64,000 nt of DNA from Squalus acanthias (lineage: Eukaryota): assembly GCA_030390025.1 (NCBI GenBank), contig CM059433.1, positions 7,442,001 to 7,506,000 on the forward strand. Reading direction: 5' to 3'. The notes below the pieces were generated by a model. That model did no database searches. It was not told the DNA's origin and was given only the letters and a program-made list of their open reading frames with translations. A program made the translations under genes and the position numbers. Of the stretch, positions 51,184 through 64,000 are shown piece after piece (position 1 is the stretch's first letter; each line of letters starts with the position of its first letter).

Positions 51184-52410
51184 CTAGCTAAGAAAAAAGA
51201 TTGTTTATCCTCCCTAATAACTTATCTTGAGCCCTTGAACAGTGTTAATTGAGGTGCTGGCAGCTATAACAAAATCACCGGAGAATATTGTGCTCCTGGA
51301 GACCTAGTCTATCTTCAATGGGTGGAATAACAGCAACTTGTACGAAGACTACGGAGAGTGGTTTCAAGTATAGTGCTCTCGTGAACCTTCCGTTATTACA
51401 ACAAAGATGTCTGTCTGCCATGACACCAGGGACACAAAGATAGCAACCTCCTGAGATTTTTAATTCCTTGTAAAAAGGACGGTCTCAGAAATACTGTAAC
51501 ACTGTCTAGAAGCAGTAACACTTTTACCAAGATTGATCAGAACAAAGAACTTACAAGTAACATTGTGTGCTTCGGCCTAGAAGACTTTTCATTCTGCAAT
51601 GAACAGCAGCTCCTGCAATGTAGTGAGTACCTGCTGGTTGGCTGTCTCTCTTAACAAGAAGTAAAGACCAAAAGGGAGCATTCTGCATTGGCAGTAAAGA
51701 CCCTAAAAATGGGACCTGTGACAACAAAGCTGAATGGCAATGTGAGAGTCGGCATCTTCCAGTCTGCTGGATACACTGCCTGAATGACTTGAGGCAGTGT
51801 TACAATCTTGAAATTTTCCTCCAAGGAGGAAATTATTTAGTCCTTTTGAGATTTATGATAGGGTACTTTTTGTGATCCACTAAGTACTAAAAGTAGTATC
51901 TGGTCCTTTCCTGATGTGGAGACATCTGGTCAATTACCATGAATTAGAGAAGTTCATCTTGTTCAGTCAAAGATCCCTCAGATGATTTCACCAGACCATG
52001 CCACAAAACTACAGGAGATTGGCTCAAAAAAGCATAAGATAACCCTAGCTAATAGTGTGCTAGACCAAAGCACTACTGGTGATATCCTGCCAGTTAACCG
52101 CAACCAATTATTATAACTGACCTTCAGCAAAGGGGTGCAAGGGTAGTAGTCACCGGGCTATTACCAGTCATATCCAGATCGATGGAGAGGAATAGCTGAA
52201 TCGTAGGATTCAACATCCGGCTTTGGGACCTTTGCAAAAAGAAGAAACTCCACTTCATCGATAATTGTGAGGTGTTTGCTGGACAAGGCAAGATTTTTTA
52301 GGAGGAAGAGCCTCCATCTTAACTTCCTAGGAGCACAAAGGCTGGCAGAGGGTGTTGAGCATGCTTTCAGAAAGCATTTAAACTAGTTCAGCAAGGGGAT
52401 AGTGCAGATA

Positions 52411-53186
52411 TCAGAAGTGCCAGGCAATGACTATCCCCAACAAGCGAGAGTCTAACCACCTCCCCATGACATTCAATGGTATTACCATCGCCGAATCCCC
52501 CACGATCAACATCCTGGGGGGGTCACCATTGACAAGAAACTTAACTGGACCAGCCACATAAATACAGTGGCAACAAGAGCAGCTCAGAGGCTGGGTATTC
52601 TGGGGAGAGTGTCTCACCTCCTGACTCCCCAAAGCCTTTCCACCATCTACAAGGCACCAGTAAAGCGTGTGATGGAATACTCTCCACTTGCCTGGATGAG
52701 TGCAGCTCCAACAACACTCAAGAAGCTCGACACCATCCAGGACAAAGCAGCCCGCTTGATTGGCACCTCATCCACCACCTTAAACATTCACTCCCTCCAC
52801 TACCGGCGTACCGTGGCTGCAGTGTGCACCATCTACAAGATGCACTGCAGCAACTCGCCAAGGCTTCTTCGGCAGCACCTCCCAAACCCGCGACCTCTTC
52901 CACCTAGAAGGACAAGGGCAGCAGGCGCATGGGAGCACCACCACCTCCAAGTTCCCCTCCAAGTCACACACCATCCTGACTTGGAAGTATATCACCGATC
53001 CTTTATCGTCGCTGGATTAAAATACTGGAACTCCCTACCTAACAGCACTGTGGGAGTACCTTTACCACATGGACTGCAGCGGTTCAAGAAGGCGGCTCAC
53101 CACCACCTTATCAAGGGCAATTAGGGATGGGCAATAAATGCTGGCCTTGCCAGTGACGCCCACATCCCATAACGAATAAAAAAAAA
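52411..53186 (+). mobile_element. 3' fragment of the second LINE family, with an A-rich tail
   Basis: ORF 52567..53124, colinear with 29560-30300. Ends cccataacgaataaaaaaaa. Confidence 0.88.
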
Positions 53187-54626
53187 TGTTCAAAGATAGC
53201 TTTACTGACCTTGATAATTACATAGATTCTAAGCATGCAGATAAACCAGGTATGAAGCATACAAGAATAAATAACTAAGAAATTAGATGAGAGACCTTTA
53301 AATTGTTTTTATGTAAATGCAAGGAGTGTTAGAAACAAATTGTTAGCACTGCAATCCCACGCGATGTTGGAGACATCGTGTATTTCTGAGACATGGCTAG
53401 ATGAAAGTGATGGGACAGAAATTCACGTAAAGGGTTACAAGGGATTCCGAAAGGATAGAGTAGGTCAAAGGGAAGGTGGGGTTGTTATTTTTATCAGTGA
53501 GAATCTAACAGCTAGAGAAAGACTTGAAATTGCCTCATCAAGTACAGCTGAGGTTATCTGGGCTCAAGTGGACCAAGCTCACAGGCAGTGACTAATTTTT
53601 GGTAATTGTTATAGGCCCCCAGGTCAGACACCTGAACATGATGAGTTATTATGGAAACAGATTGCAAATGCCACCTTTGTTCGATGGGTGATTTTAATTT
53701 TCCTGGAATTCAGTGACACAATGGTTTACCTGCTGTTGTGGTGGGAAGTGCAGCTGAAAAATTTGTTGAAAATACACAAGACTGTTTCCTGACTCAACAT
53801 GTTAATAAAGTAACTAAGGATAATCATATATTGGATCTGTGTTTAGTAGTGAGCTTGGCCTCGTATCAAGCCTCCATGTGGGGGAACATCTGGCCAAGTG
53901 ATCACACATTAACTAAAAAAGTTAAAGATAGTATTAAACTTAAAGAAAAAGCATATAATTGCGCAAAGATGGGTGGCAGGTCAGAAGATTGGACAGAATA
54001 TAAAAAACAGCAAAGAATGAATAAAAGATTAATAAGGAGAGAAAAATTAGAGTACGAGAGAAAGCTAGCTAGAAATATAAAAACAGATAGTAAGAGTTTC
54101 TATAGATATTTAAAAAAGAAAAGAGTTAACAAAGTGAGCGTTGGTCCTATAAAAAGTGAGTCTGGTGAATTAATAATGGAAAATAAGGAGATGGCAGTTG
54201 AATTGAACAGGTATTTTGCATCCGTCTTCACTATAGAGGATACAAGTAACATCCCAGAAATAGCTGTAAATCAGGAAATGGAAGGGAGGGAGGAACTCAA
54301 GAAAATTATAATCACCAGGGAAGTGATACTGAGCAAATTGTTGGAGCTGCGGGCTGACAAGTCCCCGGGTCCTGATGGACTTCATCCTAGGGCCTTAAAA
54401 GAAGTGGCTAGTGAGATAGTTGATGCGTTGGTTTTAATTTTCCAAAATTCCCTAGATTCGGGGAAGGTTCCATTAGATTGGAAAATAGCGAATGTAACTC
54501 CTTTATTCAAAAAGGGAGTGTGGTACGAAAAAGCCAAGTGGCTGGGGGCACAATCTGCAAATTTGCAGAGGATACCAAGATCTGTGTGAGTGTTAGGACT
54601 ATAGATGATGTTTGTCTGCTTCAGGC

Positions 54627-54663
54627 AGTTCTGACGAAAGGTCATCGACCTGAAACGTTAACT
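54627..54663 (+). ncRNA. Minimal type-I hammerhead ribozyme-like motif (Penelope pLTR type)
   Basis: AGTT-CTGACGA-A-AGGTC-ATC-GACCT-GAAA-CG-TT-AACT: conserved core, 5-bp helix II, palindromic helix III and 4-bp helix I. Confidence 0.65.
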
Positions 54664-57600
54664 CTCTTTCTCTCTCCACGGATGCTGCCTGGCCTGCTGA
54701 GTTTTTCCAGCGTTTTCTGTTGTTATTTCAGGCAGATCTTAGTGTGTTGGGAGATTGGGCTCATGACTGGAAAATTATGTATAACTTGGATAAGTGCGGT
54801 GTTATGCAGGTGGGCAGGGCAAATGCTCAACATTCATACACCCTTCAGGGAAAGGCATTAAAGATGGTAGAGAGAGAAAGAGATTTGGGCATTCTAGTGC
54901 ATACATCCTTAAAGGTGCATAAGCCGTGCCATGAAGCGATAGCTAGAAGAAATAGGGTGTTGGGGTATATCCATAGGACAATTGAGTACAAGATGAGGCA
55001 TACCGTTTTGTCCACGTACAAGACCTCAGTTAGACTGTACTTAGAATACGGAGTCCAGTTTTGGTGGTCTCACATGGTGGGAGATATTGAGGCTCTGGAG
55101 AGGGTGCAGAGGATGGCCACTAGACTAATTCCCAGTCTAAAGCATCTTAGTTATCAAGATAGGCTAAAAGAGTTGAGACTCTACACTTTAGAGAAGCGTA
55201 GACTTAGGAGGGATCTGATTGAGGTTTATAAGATGATGAAGGGAATAGATTGTGTTGCAGCCGACAGTTTGTTTCAATTAAATAGGTTATGGAGGACCAG
55301 GGGTCACAAATTTAAGTTGTATAAGGCTAGATTTCGGTTAAATGTCAGGAGGTGCTTCTTTTCCCAGAGAATAATGGACCTCTGGAACAGGCTGTCGTTT
55401 CGTGCGGTGGACGCGGACTCGAGGAATTGCTTCAAGCTAGAGCTGGACCGGTTTCTGGCTGGGGCGGAGATCACTTCTTACAGAATGTAGGTACTGCAGG
55501 GAATTCAGTGCCAGAGTGATCTCCTGAACTAGTTTCGACCGCCTCGGGACGGAGAGGAATTTCGAATTTCCCCCCCCAAATTGGCCTGGGGTTTTTTCTC
55601 TTTTTTTTTGCCTCTTTCAGGAGATCACATGGTTTCAGGTGGGGTGGAGTGTATATGTTGTGATACACAAGGTATCGCAATTATGTGGGACGGGTTCAAT
55701 GGACCAGATGGTCTTTACCTGTCCGTCATTGCTCGTATGTTCGGTTGGCCATGTAGGAATTAATGGAACGGGAAGTTAAGAGTCACTGCTGAGTAGGTGG
55801 TGTGGAGTAAGGTGTTCATGGAAATTCTGGGCCAGGACCTGAAAGAAGCCAGCAGAATTTCATGGCAAGCAATGCTGATTTATACTTAGCACCATTGGAA
55901 AGGTTAGGATTTGTCTCCTGGAAACGATCCTTTCCATAACTTAAAAGAACCTGAAAAAGGACTGCTGAAATAGCAATCAATCAGAGAGGATGCAGGAGAT
56001 CAGAGGAGCCCAGTAGGTCTGATCTACTTTGACGATACCCTCTCAATGGGGTGGGTGGGAAAGGAGGACATGCTGGCAAATGGACGGAGACAACATGCTC
56101 TGATCACATTCTAGGATGGACAGGCAGCAAGACTAATGCAAACTTTAAAGCAAGGGGTGACTCAACTTGGTGGGCAGAGAACATTATTCCTTACTGTGGA
56201 AAATTAATTGCTGCTTCAATGCATTGCAGGATTATTTTGTACCATACTAGAGCTGTGGTACCGTGTAACTCTGTACAGCTCTATTTTTGAAACATTAAAA
56301 AGGATATCAGCCTTGCTTTGTTTCCCTAGGTGATCGAGGTCTGGCTCAGCTGACAGTCATGTAGCAGACGCTGAAAGAAGAATCACTTTCTCCCATTTCA
56401 TTACCGAATACATGCCAATTCTTCACTGAATGTACAGTTCATTCCAATAAGAAAGACCGCAACACTCATTGACATCTTTGAATCCATTAAAAGACAACAT
56501 AATATGTACATAACAATCAGTACTTGATTTAGTTTTATTACATGCAGAGTACAAACTATGAAGGTTACCACCAACACAATGCAACCATAGAACTGTACAT
56601 ACATCTTCTACTTACAGAAATCAATTGATTTTATATTCTCAACCCTATAATAAAATCTCATCCCTTTCCCCTCACCTGAACATAGTCCCACACCAATTTA
56701 TAGAGTCCTCCCCAACACAGAGGAAAACATTCTCTTAAAATCTCCTAAAAATAGCTCACTCAGTTGTGACCATTTATTGTTAAACACATATCAACAATTA
56801 AATAAATTAGATTTGGTACGATGGTTAATTTTCTTTCCACTGGTATTGCATTTAGTGCCACCAAACATTTTAGTTAAGTCAGTTACTGGCACAAGTGCAT
56901 TCACCTGCCAGGTTATGACCATCCCCACTAATACTATTAGCATTTGCCATATCACACTGATAAAATGGAAGGTGTCTTTTGAAAATCAGCACAAGATTGT
57001 TGCTAAATATCATTTTAAAACATGTACACAAAGCAAAACTGGCACTTAAATAGCAATTACCAAAACATGGTTGATAACCACCTCTTCCTATCCCAATAAA
57101 GTTATATAATTTACACGGTCAAGTTATTTTATGCACTTTTAGAATCCTTTAATATACAGGACGTTATTAAAAACATTTGTAGAACTGCAAGGTTATTTCC
57201 AGAAAGGTTTGCTTTTTGTACAGTCGAGCATTTTCAAAAATACTAGCAAGCTCTTTGCAGCTGTTTTCCCACAAATTTGTGTTCATGCAACTTTGTGATA
57301 AAACTTTAGAAGATGTTTCTATCCAACTTCCATAATGCAAGATGTTTGAAACCAGGAACTAGTGCTTGACATACAAACTGATGGGAGAGGTCGCTGTTGA
57401 CATGCCAGTCAGGAACCGCCAGTGGACCAGGAATGGTGACCAGATATCTAAGCACTTCTCCTGGTCCAGCCAGAGGGAGCATATGATCATCTCAGACAGA
57501 GTTGGCTATCTTCCAGTTACTCAATCCACATTGACTTTTTTGTTGAGAGTGAGGCCGGTCCCTCCTGCCACCTCCAGTATACCATTCTTTAAGGTTTTAA

Positions 57601-57778
57601 CTATTGATTAGGGAAAATGTGTTGTGGAAATAGAATTAGGTTGAATTTGTTTTTTGTATCACATTACTTTTGCCACCATCCGTGCTTGACATAATTGACA
57701 CAAGAACGTCACAGGAAACAGTTACTCATTCAACTATGTGCATTCAATTTGCTTTAAATCAGCATGCTTTCTCCTCTT

Positions 57779-57806
57779 CCCCCCCCCCCCCCCCCCCCCC
57801 ACCCCA
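57779..57806. repeat. Poly-C tract (poly-G in the ASAP2 pre-mRNA); G-rich tracts also at ~911-950 and ~44578-44600
   Basis: Homopolymer runs read directly from the sequence. Confidence 0.8.
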
Positions 57807-59161
57807 CAACACAACTGTCAAGCATCTGCATAGATGTAGGTATTAATTTATACAAAGAGCATAATAGAATTTCCCTTGTCTAAAATGACAATAATACTCA
57901 AAAATAACCCAAAATTTCTGAATAGTTAATAGGCTTTGCATTCAGAAAATCGTAACAGAAGGTACATCACACCTGGTGTTTCTCAGATGGAAGCTAGTCA
58001 GAGATTGGACAGCAATAACATTTTCTGCATAGTCAATTGCAAGCATTACAATTTTTAATGCACATGTGCAGAAACAAAGTCTAGTTATCAAAATAAGGTG
58101 AACTAATGCTCCCAAGCCTAGAACTTGAATGTTTCCCCTAGGTTTAAGCACCAATTTGATAATAACAAGGTTTCTTTAAAAAAAAGACTGCATTTTAACA
58201 AGTTAAGTAAATTTCCAGTGGTGTTTATATCGCTCCACACAGATTTAATTTTACACAATTTTACCATAAAATTTTACCTTCAAATTGTTTCTGTACTTTT
58301 ACAGATAGGATTAAACAAAGATATTGCAATAGCAAGAGAAGCAAATACATGTACTAAACATCCTACATGAAATATGAAAAATTGTACAAAACTAGTGTAA
58401 ATTTTAAATTAACTGTAAATTTCCTATTCCAGGCAATTCAAAATATATAGTTACGAGGAACTAATGTCAACAGCTTACTCTTGGTGAACATTACGTGCAT
58501 GCCTATAGTCTTGGGGATGTACATTATGTTTACAAATGACGATATCAAGGATGAATCTGATGGATTGCCATAAAAGCCACCACCTTCATTTAATCTATAC
58601 GTGACCGCCAAAATTACAAGATTTATCTGTCTTAGAGATGGAGGCAAGTCAACTGATGATCCACACTGCGTTATAGGTTATTAAACTATTCAAGATAATG
58701 GGCCAACTGATTGATGATCTACTTATACCAACACCCTTTGTCTCCAACATGTTCTATACAATTTTGGGCAAGATGGAGGAAAAAGTAACTTTGCTTTCAT
58801 TAAAAGAAACCCTAGTTTTTTCAGTTTATTTCTATTTACATAATAAATTGCTCAATTTCAATCACAGACCCTTTCAACTACAGAAGCCAGTGTTCTCTAC
58901 AAGACAGAATACTCAAATATATACAACACTCTTAAATGAAAGACATTTTTGTGTTTAAATACATGCAAATGCTTCATTCAAATCCATAGCCTAATTTAAG
59001 TAACACATGAATATGTTACTATTACATTTAATGTCTTGCATCTAGTGTGCACATCACACTTCCTGTCTCACAACTATCACACTATAGTGTCATGCTATTC
59101 CAATCGCATTGGAATTTTCTCATTCATTTCAATGGTGCTAATTAAAGATCCTCATTCAGTT

Positions 59162-62100
59162 CATAGAATCATAGAAGATAGGAGTAGGAGTAGGCCATTC
59201 GGCCCCTCTAGCCTGCTCCACCATTCAATGCGATCATGGCTGATCATCCAAATTCAGTACCCTGTCCCTGCTTTCTCCCCATATCCCTTGATCCCTTTAG
59301 CCTTAAGAAATATATCCAACTCCTTCTTGAATCTATTTAATGAATTGGCCTCTACTGCCTTCTGTGGCAGAGAATTCCACAGGTTCACCACTCTCTGGGT
59401 GAAGAAATTCCTCCTCATTTCTGTCCTAAATGGCTTACCCCTTATCCTTAGACTGTGACCCCTGGTTCTGGACTCCCCGACCATCGGGAACATCCTTCCT
59501 GCATCTAGTTTGTCCTGTCCTGTCAGAATTTTATAAGTTTCAATGAGATCCCCTCTCATTCTTCTAAACTCCAGCGAGTATAAGCCCAATCGACCCAATC
59601 TCTCTTCATACGTCATTCCTGCCATCCCAGGTATCAGCCTTGTGAATCTTCGCTGAACTCCTTCCATGGCAAGAACATCCTTCCTCAGATAAGGCGACCA
59701 AAATTGCACACAGTACTCAAGGTGTGGTCTCACCAAGGCCCTGTACAACTGCAGCAAGACATCCTTGTTCCTGTACTCAAACCCTCTCGCTATGAAGGCC
59801 AACATACCATTTGCCTTCTTAACCGCCTGCTGCACCCAGGTCTTGTTGCACTTCCCCTTCTCCCAATCTACTGCCATTCAGATAATAATCTGCCTTTCTG
59901 TTTTTGACACCAAAGTGGATAACCTCGCATTTATCCACGTTATATTGCATCTGCCACGCTTCTGCCCAATCACCCAACCTGTCCAAATCATCCTGGAGTT
60001 TCTCGGCATCCTCCTCGCAGCACACACGCCCACCCAGTTTTGTGTCGTCTGCAAACTTGGAGATATTACATCTAGTTCCCTTGTCGAGATCATTAATATA
60101 TATTGTGAATAGCTGGGGTCCAAGGACCGATCCCTGCGGTACCCCACTAGTCACTGCCTGCCACTCGGAAAAAGACCCGTTTATTCCAACTCTTTGCTTT
60201 CTGTCTGCCAACCAGTTCTCTATCCAAGTCAATACCTTGCCCCCAATCCCATGTGCCTTAACTTTACACGCTAATCTCTTATGCGGGACCTTATCAAAAG
60301 CCTTTTGGAAGTCCAAATACACCACATCCACTGGTTCTCCCTTATCTATTTTAACAGTTACATCCTCAAAAAATTCCAGTAGATTAGTCAAGCATGATTT
60401 ACCTTTTGTAAATCCATGTTGACTTTGTCTGATCCTGTCACTGTTTTTCAAGTGCTCAGCTATTACATCTTTTATAATGGACTCTAGCATTTTCCCCACT
60501 ACCGATGTCAGGCTTACCGGTCTGTAATTCCCCGTTTTCTCTCTACCACCTTTTTTGAATGGTGGGGTAACATTAGCTACCCTCCAATCCATGGGTACTG
60601 TTCCAGATTCCATTGAATGTTGGAAGATGATCAGCAATGCATCTACTATTTCTAGGGCCACTTCCTTAAGTACCCTAGGATGTAGATTATCAGGCCCTGG
60701 GGATTTATCAGCCTTCAATCCCTTCAATTTCCCGAACACCATTTCCCTACAAATACTGATTTCTTTCAGTTCCTCCCTTTCATCAGACTCTATGTTCCCC
60801 AACATCTCTGGGAGGTTATTTGTGTCCTCCTTTGTGAAGACAGAACCAAAATATGTATTTAATTGGTCTGACATTTCTTTGTTCCCCATTATAAGTTCCC
60901 CTGATTCTGACTGCAAGGAACCTATGCTTGATTTCACTAAGCTTTTTCTCTTCACATATCTATAAAAGCTTTTACAGTCAGTTTTTATGTTCTCTGCAAG
61001 CTTACTCTCGTATTCTATTTTCCCCTTCTGAATTAATCCCTTTGTCCTCCTTTGTTGAATCTTAAACTGCTCCCAATCCACAGGGTTACTGCTTTTTCTG
61101 GCCAATTTATATGCCCTCTCCTTGGATCTTATGCTATCCCTAATTTCCCTTGTTAGCCATGGTTGAGTCACCCTTTTTGTTTTATTCTTATGCCAAACTG
61201 GGATGAACAAATTCTGTAGTTCGTCCATGCGGTCTTTGAATGTTTGCCATTGCCTATCCACCGTCAACCCTTTGAGTGACATTCCCCAATCAATCCTACC
61301 CAACTCGCACCTCATACCATCATAGTTTCCTTTATTTAAATTCAGGACCCTAGTCTCGGAGTCAACTACTTCACTCTCCATCCTAATGAAGAATTCTATC
61401 ATATTATGATCGCTCCGACCCAAGGGGCCTCGCACAACAAGATTGATAATTAATCCTTTCTCATTGCATAATACCCAGTCTAAGATGGCCTGATCTCTGG
61501 TTGGTTCCTCGACATATTGGTCCAGGAAACCATCCCGTAAACACTCCAGGAATTCCTCCTCCATAGTATTGTTACTAATTTGGTTAGCCCAATCTATATG
61601 TAGATTAAAGTCACCCATGATGACTGCACGCTTCTCTAATTTCCCTTTTAATACCATCCCCAACCTCCGCATTACTGTTTGGAGTTCTATATATCACTCC
61701 CACTAACGTTTTCTGCCCCTTGTTATTTCTCAGTTCAACCCATACAGATTCCGCATCATCAGAGCGAATATCCTTCCTTTCAATTGTGTTGATCCCCTCT
61801 TTAACCAGCAATGCTACCCCACCTCCCTTTCCTTTTTGCCTATCTTTCCTGAATATTGAGTACCCCTGGATATTAAGTTCCCAGCCTTGGCCACCCTGGA
61901 GCCATGTTGCGGTAATCCCAATCAAATCATATTCGTTTACCTCTATTTGCGCAGCTAATTCGTCCACCTTATTCCGAATGCTCCTTGCATTAAGACACAA
62001 AGCCTTCAGGCTTGTTTTCTAAATGCTCTTAGACCTATTAGAATTAGTATTTACTGTGGCCATGTTTGATTTAAACCGTTGTTTTCTCTGACTGCAACTT

Positions 62101-62312
62101 TTGTTTTTCTCCATCCTATCTTTTGCTTTTATCCTTGTTTCCCTTTCCTCTGTCTCCCTGCTCAGGTTCCCAACCCCCTGCCATTTTAGTTTAAACCCTC
62201 CCCCAGAGCACTAGCAAACACTCCCCCTAGGACATCGGTCCCGGCCCTGCCCAGGTGTAGACCGTCCGGTTTGTACTGGTCCCACCTCCCCCAGAACCGG
62301 TTCCAATGCCCC
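59162..62312 (-). mobile_element. Young CR1 with nearly complete ORF2 and the end of ORF1, 5'-truncated
   Basis: ORFs 61611..62000, 59819..61672 (617 aa) and 59254..59877 cover APE, RT and the C-terminus, with breaks only at ~61625 and ~59835. Confidence 0.95.
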
Positions 62313-63141
62313 AGCTAGATGTCACTACAGCACCAATCTTTCCTTGTACTTCCCTGTGACTGGCTGGAGAAAATAACATAACATAGTCCTCTCATCCAGG
62401 GCCCACCCGGTATTTTTATTGCCTTCCACCATTCTTTCTCCCCACTCCTGGTTCTCCCACCACTTCCACTACTACTGCCATCTGCCATCCCATTCAAATT
62501 TGAGACCTGAGGCCACTATCTCCCCATTTCCAGTACCTGTCTGTCCTGTGGTTACCTAAGATCAGAATCAACTGCCCCAGTGCCTATTCCACTCCCTGCA
62601 GATCCCTCCATCTGCCTGTTGAATTTTTGGACTTCAGGCAGCCTGCTTAACTCCCCAGCATTCATTCACAGGCCCTGGACCAACTCCCCATATTACCATT
62701 CCTACTCGGGCTTCACCTACCCACCTTCGCCGTGAGCCGTTTCCCACCAAATCCCTAAAATCGTAACCCTCACCCCCAACCCCACCCCCTCCCAACTAGC
62801 ACTAACTAAGCTGAGAAACCAAAAATTAAAGTGGTTATACTATACAAATATATGGTATTAACTCTTTAAATGCTTTTAAAAACTAAAAGCCTGCTCCTCA
62901 GGTCAGTATTGTGAAACAGACTTTTAGTCTTTCAACTTACAACTTATATGCAGGTGCAAGCATGCAAAGAACGTAACAAAATTTGTCACGGGATCGGTGT
63001 GCGTGGTTACAAGGGAGAGTGTAAATGTGCACAGGATAATGAGACAACAAAAAGATAGAAGACAGTGTGAATCACGGATGCTGAGGGGCACCTCAAAAAA
63101 CTTTACACGTCACATAACGATGAGGGGAACAAGGAAGGACA

Positions 63142-63330
63142 GTAATAACAACAGAAAACGCTGGAAAAACTCAGCAGGCCAGGCAGCATCCGTGGAGAGA
63201 GAAACAGAGTTAACGTTTCAGGTCGAAGACTTTTCATCAGAACTGGAAAAAAGCAGGAAATGGAATAGATTTTAAAGCAGGTTTAGGGGTGGGGAAATGG
63301 GGGAGGAGATGAAAGATGAAAGGAAGGACA
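63142..63330 (-). mobile_element. Penelope 3' end/pLTR with a hammerhead motif (63208-63244)
   Basis: 63142-63246 is the reverse complement of the 54626-54727 insert. 63247-63330 resembles the reverse complement of the Penelope 3' region at 23580-23660. Confidence 0.75.
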
Positions 63331-64000
63331 GTATGCCTCAACAGGATGTACAATGTAAGCAAATGAATACAGTATTAACTCCAAGTCCCTTTAAAAAACA
63401 AAGACGGCCTGTTTCCCACCTCCAAACAGGTTATTACTTGTTTAAAGTTAGAACTTTCAGGTAAAGGGAAAATTATGGCTGCAATGCATAATCTGCGAGG
63501 TGAGAAACGCATAGGCGGTGACACAGGAGGGCATAGGTGGAAGCAGCAGAAAGGACAGTTGGAGTTGCGGGAGAAGTTGAAAGGACTGTACTGCACATGG
63601 GTATGTACAGGGCTTGGAGCTACCAATGAGGGTGTAGAGGAACCCCCACCTATTTCAGTCCTTGGCTATTGGACATCTTGCCCAATTTGCCCTGTCTTCC
63701 TATCCCTCCCTTACAATCAACCTAGAAACCAAGCACTTATTTTGTACAAATATGACAGAAGCACTTTAAGTGGTTTAAAAAGTAGAAACAGACAGCTATA
63801 AGTTTACGGTAGGAGGAAACAAGTATGAGGGAAGAGGAACCAACAAAGATGAGCATGCAAGTATTCATGATGGAGTCCATAATTATATTGCATCTCTCTC
63901 ATTTGACAGCAGCAATATCTAATCCAATTAATTTTATTATTTTTTTCACCAAGGTGGATGAAACTAAACTAGGGGTTTATATTCTAATTCACTAAAATGC

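Larger units (their letters stand above)
52120..55745 (+). mobile_element. Divergent CR1 (ORF1 esterase end, APE, RT C-terminus, long 3' UTR) with several insertions
   Basis: 52130-52386 translates VVVTGLLP..FIDN..LHLNFLGAQRLA. 53300-53900 contains YVNARSV, ISETWL and YRPP. ORF 54720..55490 encodes the C-terminus. Confidence 0.75.

Noticed and set aside
51250..52110. Novel coding region upstream of the CR1 esterase remnant
   Set aside because: No long ORF; probably decayed 5' UTR/ORF1 of the same LINE, but not demonstrable by eye.
59904..62022. Plus-strand ORFs of 100-172 aa
   Set aside because: They are antisense shadows of the CR1 ORF2.
62313..62820. Possible 5' continuation or ORF1 of a CR1
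   Set aside because: Only faint motifs; I could not support a reading frame or a family.
1..64000. CRISPR array, operon or other prokaryotic system
   Set aside because: No regularly spaced repeats, and the window is eukaryotic intronic DNA.

Overview
This is vertebrate genomic DNA, most likely from a cartilaginous fish, inferred from the CR1 subfamilies and the Deu-domain SINEs. The window is intronic territory of one minus-strand host gene, ASAP2. Three small coding exons, equivalent to exons 2-4 of the N-terminal BAR region, lie at 36030-36102, 9170-9315 and 6846-6920. Each has canonical AG/GT splice sites and together they read in frame. Much of the rest is layered transposable elements: many CR1 LINEs (old, near full-length and young copies), a second CR1/L2-group LINE family, L2 tails, tRNA-derived SINEs, Penelope fragments, a decayed two-gene Harbinger (Myb/SANT plus transposase), about ten Harbinger-type MITEs and two hAT MITEs. 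The most notable observations are: (1) two Penelope-type minimal hammerhead ribozyme motifs, one as a ~100-nt solo insertion; (2) inverted CR1 copies bracketing exons 2-4, which could back-splice into a stop-free, in-frame circle; (3) a recurrent AAT/ATT mismatch in MITE target-site duplications; (4) an isolated 42-bp-stem hairpin in intron 3. TE boundaries and family names come from reading the sequence by eye and from recalled consensus sequences, so they are approximate. I cannot demonstrate a new biological system from sequence alone.
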